64,000 bases of DNA. Source: Paraspadella gotoi (Eukaryota > Animalia > Chaetognatha). The notes beneath the pieces were generated by a model, which searched no databases, was not told the origin of the DNA, and was given only the letters and a program-made list of their open reading frames with translations. The stretch covers positions 7,545,446-7,609,445 of the forward strand of contig CM119269.1 in the NCBI GenBank assembly GCA_051294375.1. The letters are read 5' to 3'. This document shows positions 1-13,905 of the stretch, piece by piece. Within the stretch, counting starts at the first letter, position 1; every line of letters starts with the position of its first letter. A program made the position numbers and the translations under genes.

Positions 1-151
<151 letters not shown>

Positions 152-2276
152 AAACACGGTTTAATGCGTCTTTTAGAAATTATATCAATAAGTCGTTCGA
201 AAATAGCTAATAATTAACCAATGTTTTCAAACGCTTTTATAATAAATTTATTTTTAAACTAAAGCAATACGTGATAATTTAATATTAACGTTAACTGTTA
301 GGATAATACATAAGTAATGCGCATTAATCCAACGCTCAAAGGTTTAGCCTTATCATATAGCGCTTGCTACTCTCACCTCTTTCTCTCTCCCAAAAACCGG
401 CCAAGGATGAAAATTTTAAGTCAGCGTCGGCGGGGGCGGGGGGAGAGGAAAAGGGAAGGAGTGGTGGTGAATCAGTAGTGATCTATGGGCCTCGACGCAG
501 AAGCCAGTGACTGACTCTGCAGCAGCAGCAGCCGCATTGAAGCGTCGGTACGAACCATCCGAGATTCAACATCAAAAGATAAAAAAAAATGAGGCAAAAG
601 GTTCGAATAACCAACCGGGGCTCGACTTCGCTGGCCACAGATTCACTCGATCAACGCCCCACTATCTCTCTCTCTCTTTTCCCTCTACCTCTTCACCCCT
701 GCGGTACCACCTATGAAAACATAACATTTGCCATAGAAAATCAAAAAGAAACGGCTACGCAATGCATGAAAAAGAAGCAGAAGAAACAAAGCCGGGTCAG
801 TCATTCATCCGGTCTATTTTGAAAATTTCTTTCTCGTAAAGAACGTCGATGAAAGGTTAAAATTTAGGCACGGGAGTGGGGCAAAATGGAGGGGGTGTAG
901 CCTCGGGGGGCTGAATCGGTTAGAGTGATCGCATAGCCTTAGCATTTCTTCGCTGATTGTGTTTCAACCAAGAGATAAAATGGAGGATCTGAGTTTTTCC
1001 CCCAATTTTTATCAATCTTTTACGGTTTATTATAAGGCTAAACGAATTCATAGTACTAGTTTTTTTTCCTTCACTCAATTCATTACAACAGTTTTTGTTT
1101 TTTGAACAATACTCAAAGCAGAAATAACTTTTCTTTCGTTCTTCGATGTTGTGTTTCAAGTGTAGACTTATCAATTCAAGCGATGTAAGTAAAACTATTA
1201 TTAACGCTTATTGCAATCATTGTATGCTTAGTCGAGCAACTTTTTTTTTTACACTCTCTAGAAACTAATTACTTCGTGTTATCCACCGTAATACGAGGTA
1301 ACTAAACATTTCCGGTCGTGATATAATTTGTTTCCAAATGCTTTTTTTATATCCGACCGTGACTTAATTCAAAGCTTTGAATCGAGACATGGTCGCCATG
1401 GTTATATTCGTATCCGAAACCATTGTTTTCATATTTACAAGATCTTAAATTTTAATTAAACGCGCAACGATGGTTTTTGTTAATGGCACTTCGACACATT
1501 CTACAAGGGATCCTTAACTACAATACATTCGTTGTTTCATCGTTATGCTTTTTAATGTACAGAATAAAAATTCATATTGTAAAGCACAATAAGTTTTCCC
1601 TTTCCATAAGTAAAAAACCCGATTGACTCCAGAAGATTAGTTCTACAAGGAGGCAAACTGACAGTAAATTTTAAATAGAGAATAATTTTATCAAGCTAGT
1701 CACGAGGCAATTCTTTTGAATAGTCTGGAAACCACTGAGCTTTTACAACGTTTATGGTACTTATTAAGGCGGGCCAGAATTTAACATTTTTTTCTAATAT
1801 GAAACAGTCTGCAATAAAAGTCTTTTGTCCTTTCACAACCAAATTGACTTATGATGTTAGATATTGATTCAATTCGTTTTCCTTATGCATGGAAGCATTT
1901 TAATATTTTACAATATATAAAAAATGCTTAAACAAATTTTAAGGAAATTTAATTTTTAAAATTTATTCTGATAAAGATTAAAAAGTTAGATAAAGGTTAG
2001 TATTTCAAATTGTAAAAATTTTAATGATAAATGGGTTAAAATTTGAAAAAAATTATTTTCATCGTTGTCATCATTCAATAAATTTGATAGTCTTGTTAAT
2101 TTTCATAGACGAATCATTAAAATTTTAAAAAGTTATAATAATAACCTTCATCTAACTTTACAAGCTCCGATAAAATAAAGTAAAATTTACAATTTTGATA
2201 TTATATAGTATTTGGATATTTTTAAGGAGAGTAACGAAAAATTCGTTTGAACAACAATTTATTATGTATTTTTAAG

Positions 2277-2313
2277 GACGTTTCGACTCTGTTTTTCGAG
2301 TCTTCATCAGCAG
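2277..2313 (-). ncRNA. Minimal type I hammerhead ribozyme core (Penelope-type), stem I degenerate
   Basis: Minus strand: CTG-CTGATGA-A-GACTC-GAAAAACA-GAGTC-GAAA-C-GTC; stem II perfect, only 1 bp of stem I. Confidence 0.6.
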
Positions 2314-2966
2314 GATAATATAAAATAGCAATCATGAGTTTAACTATAAGATAAATCTTAATTTTTTTTATTTTTATAATCTTCAATAAACATTAACAAT
2401 ATTTAAACCGGACTTCTGTTAGTTTAAAACCTGTTCCGCCTGTTCATTATACATTGGTAATATAAAGGAATTCTTGGGTGCAGTTAACGTCGAACTTCCT
2501 TCGATGTATTCGATGTATAAGTTTTCGATTTTATCACATACCATTAAAAAAATGTTAAGTATAACCCCTAGTTTATTAATATAAGTTTAGAAAGATTCAA
2601 GCTAGCTCTGTATCTGAAAGGATGGGGTTGATTAATACTACAAAAGTTTTATTTCTATTTCTTATATTAAAATAAAAAAATAAACTAAAAAGAATGAATT
2701 GTATTAATAATTTAATTCTGCCCGAATTAATAGCCTGATACAAGATCAAGGTGACCTATCAATCAATCAATCACTTCTTTCTGAAAAAAATTCAAATCAA
2801 AAATTTTGTTTCTTCAACATTCTCATGCGAAATTCGTCGACTTCAGCGACATCTAACTCTAATTCTAGGAAAAATGTACGGAGAGGATCGGTGAAGAAAA
2901 AATGCAAAATAAATCTAATATGGTCAGCAATGAAAATCCCAAAATGAAATTAGTTTTCCCATTGAA

Positions 2967-4183
2967 ATGATGACCAACGACTCGATTGCAGAAATTACAG
3001 CTGCCGAGCAGAGTGGCTCACCCACTCAAAATTCAGGTAAAAACTAATTTCTTTGTCTTCTCTGCGAATGTGTTGAAGATAATCATCATATAACCATCAT
3101 TAGAAGTGTTTATATTTCATATTCAGGCACGATCGCTGGGATAATATTAGGCTGTGTTGCACTTTTAGCTGTGGTTTCGGCAATATCTGCTCTATGTTAC
3201 TGGTGGAAAAGCTCAGGTAACTAACTTATCAAATCAAAATATTTGACCTTTAATGAAAAGCGGAATTTCAAAAATTTCTCCTTTTTCTTATTCCAACCTT
3301 TAATTCATAATTGAATGTACAAAATTGTCTCATGAAAATTAATATCACATTCAAGATTCCCTTCTCTAAAAAGGTCCGGCGGTTCTTCCCACTTTTCCCG
3401 GTAAATGTTACACGATCAGCACCGGAAGGCACGCGCCTTCCACCTGCGTTCCCGGCCAAACCAACGTCGGCCGAGGAACCGAGGATTCAACTTTCATGCT
3501 TAATTACATGGCGCACAGTTACGGAGATCCCTTACAGGTGACCGTCCTGCTCCTTACTGACTGTTGTGACACTAGTTCTCCCAACCTCTCCTTCCCTATA
3601 GGACAACTTTGATGTGGACGTGGACAACGATTACTTTCTTAGCAGTCTGGAAAGTTCTATTCACTTCTCGCGTCAGTCGTCCAGCGGGTGTCTGCAAAAA
3701 AGCGTGGTCAACCCTATGCACCCGAGCGAGGCTTACTTCAAGCCAAAGCCTCCGTCGACGGGGCCTCGTGCCTTCGCGGCCAACGACAACGATCGTGAAG
3801 GCTCGAGGCCAGCCTTCGATCCCGTCCCAAGCTTTATCCCCTACCGCACATCGCGAGAGGAAGACCGAAAGCTTGGTGCTCACGTCGACGGAGGCGCCAG
3901 TCTCGCGACCACGGTGTTCGACGAACGAGGCGGGACGGATCGCCCCGGCGGTATTCAGGCGGGCATCGCCGTTCTGCCCCGCAGACTCGAAAACTGCGCC
4001 TTGCCCGTCCGAGACTTGGAACGCCAGTTGAGCCACGAGCCGTACATGCTGGACCGCGGTCAAAGCCTGATAACCACCTACCACAGCGAGAGACGCAAGA
4101 CGGAAACGTTGCCCGCCAAGTCGGCCAATGTTTTTCAATACCCGCCACCCATGACGCCAATCAGTTTGTTGCTCAGAAAGTGA
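2967..4183 (+). CDS. Orphan single-pass transmembrane protein with a long disordered tail
   Basis: Hand-spliced exons ~2967-3036, 3127-3216 (TIAGIILGCVALLAVVSAISALCYWWK, a TM helix), ~3374-3537, 3602-4183; phases compatible with GT-AG introns. No recognisable homology. Confidence 0.6.
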
Positions 4184-4915
4184 AATCGCCATTTCCATCC
4201 TAACTGAGATTATCGAACCGCGAGGGCGATCTTTTCTTTATTCATTAATTTTTTCTCAAGAAGCGACGAATCAATGATCTCATTACCGACAAGATTTGGA
4301 TCTGAAATCTCATTTGAAATTACGCGTAGATTTAGCTTCCGTCAGACGAACTAAAAAGTCTAGTCCCGTTTTGTCTCAGGACCGCTTAATTTATTTTCGA
4401 GCTTTATTTTAGTTGTACTCTTTCGATGTTACTCGCTTTTATTTTTTTTCCGTTCAATATTTTGCCTCAAATGTTTGCGATCTAGTTTGTACTCATTACC
4501 ATACCTTTTGTGATTTTAACGTTTACCACTTGGTAATTTTCCCCTTAAAAAACCATATCATTTACAACACGTTGCCTTTTTACTTTTGAAGAAACATTTT
4601 CTAGATAGCTGGTTTAATGGTTTATAATTCAACTTTCAACAAAAAATTCAAAATATAAAAAACCGTCACATGATTTTATTATTTAAAAGTAAAATACATT
4701 TGATGGGCCCTTGAACAATAAAATTCATCAATTTAGATGTTAACATAAAATATCAGTTTAAATAGAGATTAACTGCACTAGCATAACAAAAATGTTAATT
4801 ATAAACTGAGAAAATGAAAGAAACTAAAAAAAAACCATCAAATTACTGGGCAGAGAATATAAAATAAAACAAACCACAGGATCTCGGCAATACCTTCAAC
4901 AATGACTCGAGTAGA

Positions 4916-7900
4916 TCACGAATTCTTTTGCGCGACTTTGAAGACGATGTTCTTGACTTCAGTGTAGGCTGAAAGGCCGTACTCGCCCAACTCACGCCCG
5001 TTGCCCGACATCTTGTAGCCACCGAAAGGGGCGCAGCAGTCGAAGACATCGTAGCAGTTGATCCAAACGTTGCCAGCGCGAATTCCCTGCGACGACGAGA
5101 GAATAAGGGGACCAAGCGTTGCGGGATTACGATCGAGGGTTTTCGGTTGAAAGGTGGCTAAAGAGTCGCATACCTGGGCCAAGTGAAGAGCTTTGCCAAC
5201 GTCTTGTGTAAAGACGGCGGAGGCCAACCCGTACTCGGTCAGATTCGCGCGTTCTATGATCTCGTCCATGTTCTTTTTTTTTGGGGGGGGGGAAGGAAGG
5301 AGATAAAGGCGCAATAAAGTAGGTTGTATCATCGGAGTTGAACCACAATGTATTCTCACCTTAAACTTGAGGATCTGCATGACAGGGCCGAAGATTTCTT
5401 CCTTGGCGATGGTCATACTGTCGGTGACGTCGGCAAACACGGTCGGTTCCACGAAGAACCCTGTTTCAGTGTTTGATAGTTAAATTATAAAACGCATGAT
5501 TTTTTTAAAAATTCCAGTCCCCCAGACAACATTTATAAATTTTTGTTTTTTCGTCAAACAGACTATACGTACTCGGTAATGAAACATTTTCGTTTCTAAA
5601 CCCCCCCGATGGCCCTCCTCTCTCTCACATAATCCCACTTACCCTTGTCCCCGATCCTATTCCCGCCCGTGGTCAGTTTCGCCCCTTCCGACTTCCCCGA
5701 TTTGATGAGATCGAGGATCTTGTTCATCTGGACGAAGTCGACCTGGGGGCCTTGCTCCACATTGGTGAAGGGGTCGCCGACGACGCGAGACTTGGCGCGC
5801 TCCGTCGACCGCTCCACGAACTCGTCGTAGATCGCTTCCTCCACGAAGATGCGACTCCCGGCCGTGCAGCACTGGCCTGTTTAAAAGAGAGAGAGATTCT
5901 GACATTGTCACTTACGTAATAAATGAATTGATCAGGATAAAGAGATCGAGTGCAACCTTGATTGAAGAAAAGCCCGAAGTGCGCGGTCTCGATGGCGTTA
6001 TCAAGGTCGGCGTCTTTGAGGACGATGAGCGGACTCTTCCCTCCCAACTCAAGGGTGACCCGTTTGAGGTTGGACCTGGCAGCCGCTTCGGCCACTACCT
6101 GCCCGACGGAGGTGCTGCCCGTGAAGGCGACTTTGTCAACGAGCGGATGCTCGGCGATGGCGGCGCCGGCCGTCGGACCGTAGCCTGGCACGATGTTAAC
6201 CACTCCTGGCAATCGCGGATATATGGGGTTTCAGTGTAACTATGTGACACAATTTTGTCAACTCTCTCGATTCCTAGAGTATGTAAACCGTGACAAAAGA
6301 AATGAAAATGACAAAAGTTATCGATAAAATTATACCGGGAGGAAATCCGGCTTCTTTAATGAGTTGCGCGATGTAGAGGCCGCTCAACGAAGTCTGCTCG
6401 GCCAACTTCATGACGATCGTGCATCCGCAGCTGAGAGCGGGTCCCAACTTCCAAGCCTAAGACGGATAAAGCAAAAAACTCGAAACGGAGGGGTCGACGG
6501 AAACAAATGAAATCACTCGGTCAAGCATGAAACCAATTGACTATCCCTAGGTTCTGCTATGATAATTCCTGACCCTGACACGGCAATGAAAAATGCGAAC
6601 AACCCAGCTCAAAAAAAAAAAAAAAACTGCAAAAGCTTATAAAGCAAACAGCACCGTGACGTCTGACAATTAAATCCTTATCAAGTAGTTTTTTACCCCT
6701 CATCTAATAGAGGAGAAAAAGTTTTATAATGCTCTTAACGCATTGGTTGTTTCAATTTCAATGTTGCTCTTCTGATGCTGTGCTTAATATTCTTTCGGAA
6801 TCGCGGCATACAACTTCTACTCAAAATTAATTATTTAACCGAGTAACGAACCCTCCCGTTTTCTCACCTGCATCAGCAGAGGGAAATTCCAAGGAATGAT
6901 CTGGCCGGCGACACCGACGGGTTCGTGTCGAGTCATGCACAAAAAGTCGCCGTCGATCGGAATCGTTTTCCCTTGATTTTTATCCGCCCAACCAGCGTAA
7001 TACCTTATCGAGCGGGAGGGGGAAGAATGAGGGAAATAAGAAAAGGAGAGGAAAAAAGGACAGAAAGGCGAATTATAGTAGGGGTAGCCGCACTCAATGG
7101 GGTGAGTATTTATTATTATTTATAACGAAAATTTATACATTTTTAAGTATACTTTTAATGGACAAAAAATTTCTTATATGGCTCTATACCCTAGTACTTA
7201 ATTTTTTAATATTTATTTATAGGAAAGGTCAAAAGTTGTTTTGAGAAATTTTAAATTTTAAGTTCAGATTCAGATAGCTCATAAAAAGTAGTCAGCACAA
7301 AGTACAATTCTTTTTTAAATATTTTTATGATAAGTAGGTCAAAAATAAAAAAAACCATAAAAAATCGTCATCATCATCATCATCATCATCTTTTGATGAT
7401 TTTATCAGTTTTTTTATATTTTTACTAAGAAAACGTAAGAATTTTTAAAAGCTGTAATTATATTTCATGTTTAACTTTTAACTTTTTATGGCTCTATCAA
7501 AATCCATTAAAAAAATTTAAGATTTCAAAAATTTTTTTTCTTTATATAGTAATATAATAATTTTAATTAGGCTAGTACCCTCAGAAAAAATAATTTTTAA
7601 CAAAAAATATTTTATTACTATAATCTATGCTCATGATAGATTATTTTAATGTTGTATGCATTAGCATTTGGCTATGGCTAATTATAGTTGATTGAAGAAT
7701 AAGAACAAGGTTGGCGTCGAATAACCAGTTTAGAGAGAATAAATATCTATTCGACTCCCTCAGGTTGTCCGCAAATCGTAATTACTTCTCCCGTAAAAAA
7801 AAAAAAGCATTTCTCAAGGACCTCGATCCATTAGAAGACAGAATCTCTTGCTCCTACCCTATCCAACCTGTAGCACTTGATGGTCAGACCCAAATCGGCG

Positions 7901-8851
7901 GCGAAGGCGACTTGATAGGGCTTCCCGCTGTCGACGGTCTCCAGCGAAGCGATGAAGGCGCGGTCGCGTTCGATCAGATCAGCCAGGCGACCGATCAGGC
8001 GACCGCGGTCGGAGGCATTCATGCGGCGCCACTCGGATCCGAAGCGAAAAGCCTCGTTGGCGGCGGCGACGGCGTCGTCGACGTCAGCACGGTCACCCTC
8101 CGCCACTTGGCAGATCACTTCTCCCGTAGATGGGTTTACCGAGTCGAACACCTTGCCGCTGAGATATACACGAAAAACTTATTACCATTGATTGGTAAAC
8201 ATTTTTTTATTATTCAGTAATATATGTTCTATGGTGGACTAAAATCCACCAACCGATCATCAGCGGCCATTGGTGCCAGAGGCAAGTCATTCGCCTGCCA
8301 ACCCAAAGGTCCGGGGTTCTCGCCCGGTGGTCGCCTAGCAGTTAAGAGGGACGGGGCGCTTAACCCGCTTGTAACACGGTGTTACAGCCTGATCCGAAGC
8401 TCAGGGACTGCTTATATTGAAGGGTTCTGTCACTAACACAAAAATTACTGTCTCTTCAGTTCTGACGATTAAATCATGAAAACCGCCATGTTACTTCCTA
8501 CATATCTCTCTTTCCAAAACCTTTTCTATTGAATATGGCTACAAACAAAAAAATTCTGCTTTTTCTCCTATTTTTGTTTTAGGTTGCCACGAAAGTGAAT
8601 AAATCGCATCGAGTGTTCATCCTTTAATCTCAATGCGCAAGTTTTGCTTCTGTGCCAAGGGTGCAATCCTTAAGGATGCACACCAACCTTTTCGCCGGAC
8701 GAAACTCGTTGTTGATGAAGACGCCCGAGTTTTTAATTTCCGGTTTGACGACTGGAGCCGGGACGGTCGACATCGGCGCCAAAGCGCCAAGGGGCGCCGC
8801 CTGGGAGCGGATCACTGGCGCCGCAGCCCGAAGCGATTTTAACAGAAACAT
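4916..8851 (-). CDS. ALDH2: Mitochondrial aldehyde dehydrogenase (ALDH2-like), 9 exons
   Basis: Exons 8851-8688, 8158-7868, 7003-6868, 6456-6336, 6205-5957, 5876-5643, 5460-5360, 5272-5174, 5086-4916. Motifs [48 protein letters not shown]; basic N-terminal presequence. Confidence 0.95.
7190..7580. mobile_element. Diverged relative of the 36403 foldback MITE in ALDH2 intron 2, with central (CAT)n
   Basis: Shares CAGATTCAGAT...TCTTTTT.AAA...TAAGTAGGT.AAAAT with 36593-36673; ends not resolved. Confidence 0.5.
8262..8445 (+). mobile_element. tRNA-derived SINE, family A, in ALDH2 intron 1
   Basis: A-box-like TGGTGCCAGAGG and B-box-like GGTTCTCGCCC; homologous to the reverse complement of 10965-11070 (GAGGCAAGTCATTC.CCT.CCAAC..AAAGGTCC and ACAGC.TGATCC.AA.CTCAGGGACT). 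Confidence 0.7.
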
Positions 8852-9435
8852 TTTGGAAATTTATTAAAAGCAAAGTTCTGCGCCGGTGTCTTATCAGTCC
8901 ACGCAGCAGTAATTTATCGAGCTAACTGAATTGAATTGACCTGAAAGAGATAATCTGTTTAAAAAACTGGAAGCGACGGATCTGCAAAAGTGAAGGAAAA
9001 AAAATTGAGAAGATTTTTTTTTTTTGTGGTTTTTTGTATTTTTTAAAAACTTTTTTGTTGCTCTAACCAAAACGGTCTCTGAAAAAATTGTTCGTTTAAT
9101 AAATAAAATTAAAATTTAGGCTCGAAAATAGTGAAAACAACAAATCCTGGACAATTCCATCGCACAATCACAGAGCGAAACGATTTAAAGTCTCGTTTTA
9201 TTCGATTTTAACTCTCAAACGGTTTGCAGTTGGTTATTTTTTCATTTTCTTTTTTCAAAGTATAGTTTTTAAGGTTCATTCAGAATATTTTTTATTGCGC
9301 CGTGGAAACATGAAAAACGAAAAAAAAGCAAGCCGGAGGTTAAGCGGAGAAGGAACAGGAAAAAAATGTGTAAAAGATCGTAGTTGTTGTTGTCGTCGTC
9401 GTCGCTTTAAACTCGCATGACGATTTCCTTAATTT

Positions 9436-12400
9436 CTATTCGTCGGGATCCTCATCCCATCCTTTGTTTTCCTTTGGCTTCGGACCGCCAGCCGGTTTGG
9501 CCATGATGATTTCGTCCACCTTAAAAGTTTAAAACGTTTAATTCGTAAATATAAAAATCCTTTAATAGCATAAATTAAATTAAAAAGAAGGTCGACGTCT
9601 TTTTTCGACAGAGATAAATGACACGAACTTCGCGAGACTGGATTGAGAAAGAGGAAAAGAGTTTCGATTATTTATTGATTGGACTCTCGACTTCTCGATT
9701 TAATCTCGATTTTGCTGTATCGCGGAAATTCCTCCAAATAATCGGTTTTCTATTAACCTCGGTCAACCCCTAATGCAACAATTAAGCCTTAATGGTCCTT
9801 AATTTAAGGATCACCCGTTTTCTCTCTAACCTTCAAAACAGTGGTAGCTGCGTTGGTGGCGAACTTGAGGCCCCATGATTTGACGAGGAAAAGATCAAGG
9901 ACGCCCTTGGCGACGGCTTCACAGGTCGCCACGCCCCCGCCCTCGATGTCGAAACCAATGCCGACACCGCCCTCGTATTGGTGCTCTAAGGGGATGTCGA
10001 TGGGAAAGGAAAGAGAAAAGAGAAAAGATAGAGGAGAGGAAAAAGAAAAAGAAAATTTAAAAAAATTAAAGTCTTTCCTAATTTATCTAACGGTAGAAAA
10101 CTATGTTAAACTAGTGCATATGAGTAAATTGCTTAATTAGCGTCAGAAATACTTTCTTAAACTCGCAATAATAACTCAACATCTCGTGCATTAGGTCAGC
10201 GAAACCTTGTTATAAGGTAATTAAAAACTGGTTTTTAGCGGAGTTTTTAGCGGAGTTTTTCGACCTCAATTCGGAAAAAAAAAATTTATGTCCCCCCTAA
10301 GAAATAAAAAAGAACTCTGGAACTTACTTATGAAATCAAGACAAATTCCCTCATCGACTCACCGGCGTAAAGCTTGGCAATGAGTTCGGTGCTCTTAACG
10401 CCCGCGTTCTCGGCGAGGGTGACGGGGAAAACCTCGAGCGCCTCGGCGAACCTCTTGACAGAGTATTGCTCCAGACCGGGGAGGGTCTCACCGTACTGAG
10501 CGACACGACGCGCCAGTTCGATCTCCGTCGCTCCTATAGCAAAAAAGGCGGTAAACAAACGATTATATGCAATACTAAAACTATTTCTTATGAAGCCATG
10601 TCAAACCTGCTAAGCCACGTTCAAACTCCCGTTCAAACTCACCAGCTCCCGGAACGAGCCTCGGATCCCGGGTCAAGGCTTTAAAGGTGTTGACGCCATC
10701 GTCAATGGCGCGTTCCACGTCATCCATGATGTTATCGGTCGAGGATCTGACGATGATGGTGGCGATGGCCGACTCCTCGGAATCCTGGTGGCGACGGGAA
10801 TCGAATGAAATTTAAAATGAGAATGTAATGTGTTAGCCTATTGATTCTAGAGTGAAAATATTAAGGAACATTGTCGATAACATTTAGGATTGAACAATCA
10901 CATAATATAAATGATTATGAAGAGACAGAATAATAATAACAAATTAATGAATAAACCGCACATAATATTGTAGTCCCTGAGATTTGGATCAAGCTGTTGA
11001 TACCTGCTAAAACCTACGAAAGCCAGGACCTTTACGTTGGGAGGTGAATGACTTGCCTCCGGCACTAACTACACTACTTCTCTGAACCGGTTGTTCGATT
11101 TAAATCTGCTGTGGCGGTATATTCACACCGCCTCTCGTCCATCATCGTTCAGCCAATCCCATAGGCTCAGAGGGGGAACACAGGCGTTGTGTTCCATCCA
11201 CAGCCCTAACGACTTCCCTCTGCGTTGGCAAAGAGAGACCGTTCTAGGGTAACCGCGCCAGTAACTGGAGACGTCACTGAGGGTCGGAAGCCCCCATCAC
11301 AGGCAACCAGGATGTTGCCATACCGCCATAATTAATAATTATCCAATTCTCCATAGTATTCCTGATTAGACCGGCTTCTAATAAAACTGCAACAATGTCG
11401 GTAACGAGGACTCGCCTGTTTGAAAACGACGATGTTGGTGTCGCCTAACTCGTCAATGTAGACTTTGTCGCAGGCACCGAGTTCCTGCGGCGTCGGTGGC
11501 GCCATCTTGGGTAAGGCCGTGGCGCCTACGGCTCGGCAGAGGCGCCGGAGATCGAATTTGGACATGAGTCTGATCACCATGATCTTGTATTTGTTCAAAA
11601 AGTGGAGGGCCATGTCGCCCACTTTGCCTAAGGATAAAATCTCATGATTTTATTTAAATCCTCCGAATAAATACAAAACCCAAACCGATCTTTTTACCTC
11701 CAGCGACGATGCAGTTAGCCCCGGCTTCGGCGATAGCCTTGATCTGACTCTCAAGGAGATTCTCCTCCCCTTTGCTGTAGTCCATCAACTCTTTGGCGGA
11801 TTTGATTAGCACCGTCCCCTTCGTCTCCGTCTGCATCATGTCGATGGGGCAGGTGTAGCAGGCGATCTTTGCGTCCTTGACGGAAACCACGTCGCTCTCC
11901 ACGAGCCGCTTAAAGACCATCCCGCGGATCCACGTGGAAGAATGGAGGCCGGATCCTTCGATTTTGCAAACCCTGATGAATTTAAAAGTCAAAATAACAG
12001 GAGAATGGGGAAATAGTAGGAATGATTTAAGGAACTTTGTCCAACGAGTTCTCCGGAGCCTCCGAACAAAAAAAGTGTTCCTTATTCATAGGTCGTTTTT
12101 TTTTAATTAAATATTCAATATTCGTTTTATGTTTAAGGTAATATAACGCTCCACAATGACTGAAGCCGTCCGTCACCTGACGTTGTCGACGTTAAAGCCG
12201 GCGGTGACGGGAAGAATGCTGATGCAGGCGTCGGCGACGAGTTGGGCGATAAAGTCTTCGTTGCCAAACTGTTTGCTCATGATGGAAGCGCGAACGGCTT
12301 TCGTCACTTCCTCTTTATTTCGCATGTCTGTGAAATTAGCGAAAAGCGGTTGTCGTCAAATTTGAACGCGCCATGAAACTAAAATAAATGAAAATAAAAT

Positions 12401-12974
12401 TACGAATCATTTACCCTTGACTTTGTCGCAGACAAGGCTGGGGAGGAGCTCTTCCGCCTTGGCATGAGCGAGACTAAAACCCTCCACGATTTCCGGCACT
12501 GAGAGTCCCATCTTGAGGAGCTGCTCGGAATGTTCCAGCAAGGATCCCGCTAACATGAGAACCCAGTTGGTGCCGTCGCCCGCTTCTTGCTCTTGCATCT
12601 TGGAAGCGAAGACGAGCATCTTGGCGGCGGGGTGTTCCACCTCGAGCTCCTTCAGCATCGTAGCGGCGTCGTTGGTGACGAAGATCTTCTCCAAGTGATT
12701 GATCACCATCTTGTTCATCCCGTTGGGGCCGAAGGCGGACCGAGTCGATTTGGACAACTGGGTGCAAGCTGGTGGAAACAGCAGAGGAAACAGAGGAACG
12801 CTTTGCATCGTATTTTTATAATTTATGTTATTCTTTGTCATTTTTATTAGTTAATAGTGACTATGCGGCACCTGAGATGTTTCTGTAAACGGCCTCTTCC
12901 AGTCCCGAATAATGTTTCGCCCCCTCCTTCAACATCTGCGCGAACCCCGGCGCTTTGGGAACGTGCATAGCCAT
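9436..12974 (-). CDS. CCT8: T-complex protein 1 subunit theta, 9 exons
   Basis: Starts MAMHVPKAPGFAQMLKEGAKHYSGLEEAVYRNI; has GDGTN and TETKGTVLIK; ends VDEIIMAKPAGGPKPKENKGWDEDPDE*. Exons 12974-12872, 12768-12415, 12327-12177, 11972-11698, 11627-11416, 10784-10643, 10533-10363, 9985-9831, 9519-9436; intron 5 has a GC donor. Confidence 0.97.
10965..11070 (-). mobile_element. SINE family A copy (internally deleted) in CCT8 intron 5
   Basis: Two blocks align to 8270-8315 and 8383-8418. Confidence 0.65.
11085..11340 (+). mobile_element. SINE-like body and tail sharing its 3' module with the element at 17960-18195
   Basis: GCCAGTAACTGGAGACGTCACTGAGGGTCGGAAGCCCC..ATCACAGGC..GTTGCCATA aligns to the reverse complement of 17963-18062. 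Confidence 0.6.
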
Positions 12975-13169
12975 TATGAAGAAATGTTCCAGGAAACGAG
13001 TGGACAATATAAAAGTATACAAACTATAATATCTTAAACCTAAAATATTCAAAAAATTTTGAATTTCAACGAGCCAAAAAAAAACAATACATCTGGAAGC
13101 TGGAATTTTTTTATTTCTTAATCGGCTTAGAACAACGAAACGTACTAAAGAATTGCATTGATTTATTTC

Positions 13170-13743
13170 TTAAATTTTTTTGGCGATCTGTGCGGCGATG
13201 CGGTCCAAGTCTCGGCGACCTTGAGACGTCAATCGGCGGCCTCCGTTCGAGTCTTGTTCCACCAGCTTCATTTCCTCGAGCGACTGTGTATGTGAGAGAG
13301 AGAGAGTGTGTGTAAAAGAGGTATTTGAAAAGAGAGAGTAATAGATGATCTTTAATTCATCCACCTGCAAAACACGGCGCGCAATGGACTTGTAGGAACG
13401 CGTGAAATGAGCCGGGCTGCTCCCGTTACGTTTCCGGCCGCCGTAAATCTTGGTGAAAGCGCCGACGCCGGCGGGCGACCGGATGTAGAGGTGGCGGGCG
13501 ACGGAGGCCGCACGGTGGAAGTACCTGGAAAATTTATTGTGTAAATCATTACCCTAACTTGCTCACACAATTCACTAACTATCATAACACCAACCAATCG
13601 CGGTCGACGGGGCCCTGTTCGTTGGCCCTCGAAAGCTTGACGAGGTCGGCCCACTCGGGAACCGGCATCTTGCCAGACTTTTTGAGGAAATCGGCGAATC
13701 CGGTGACGAACGCCTGTTGGTTCACGTCTTTGACAGAAGACAT
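13170..13743 (-). CDS. RPS19: 40S ribosomal protein S19, 3 coding exons
   Basis: [25 protein letters not shown]...[36 protein letters not shown]...[35 protein letters not shown]. Confidence 0.97.
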
Positions 13744-13905
13744 TTTTGTTTTAAGTAAGTTTTATTGTTTAGTTGTTTATCTGGAAAAAAATAAAACTCA
13801 TCTTTTAACGAGTGTATAACAACAACAATTCGACAACAATTCGACAACCGTCGATCGAACGCGAACTAAAAAAATGTAACCCGCATCGTCATTTCTCGCC
13901 GCGAA

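Noticed and set aside
507-822. Short ORFs and a (GCA)n tract after actin
   Set aside because: No homology and no convincing splice structure.
921-929. TAGAGTGAT as another hAT terminus
   Set aside because: No matching opposite end or TSD found.
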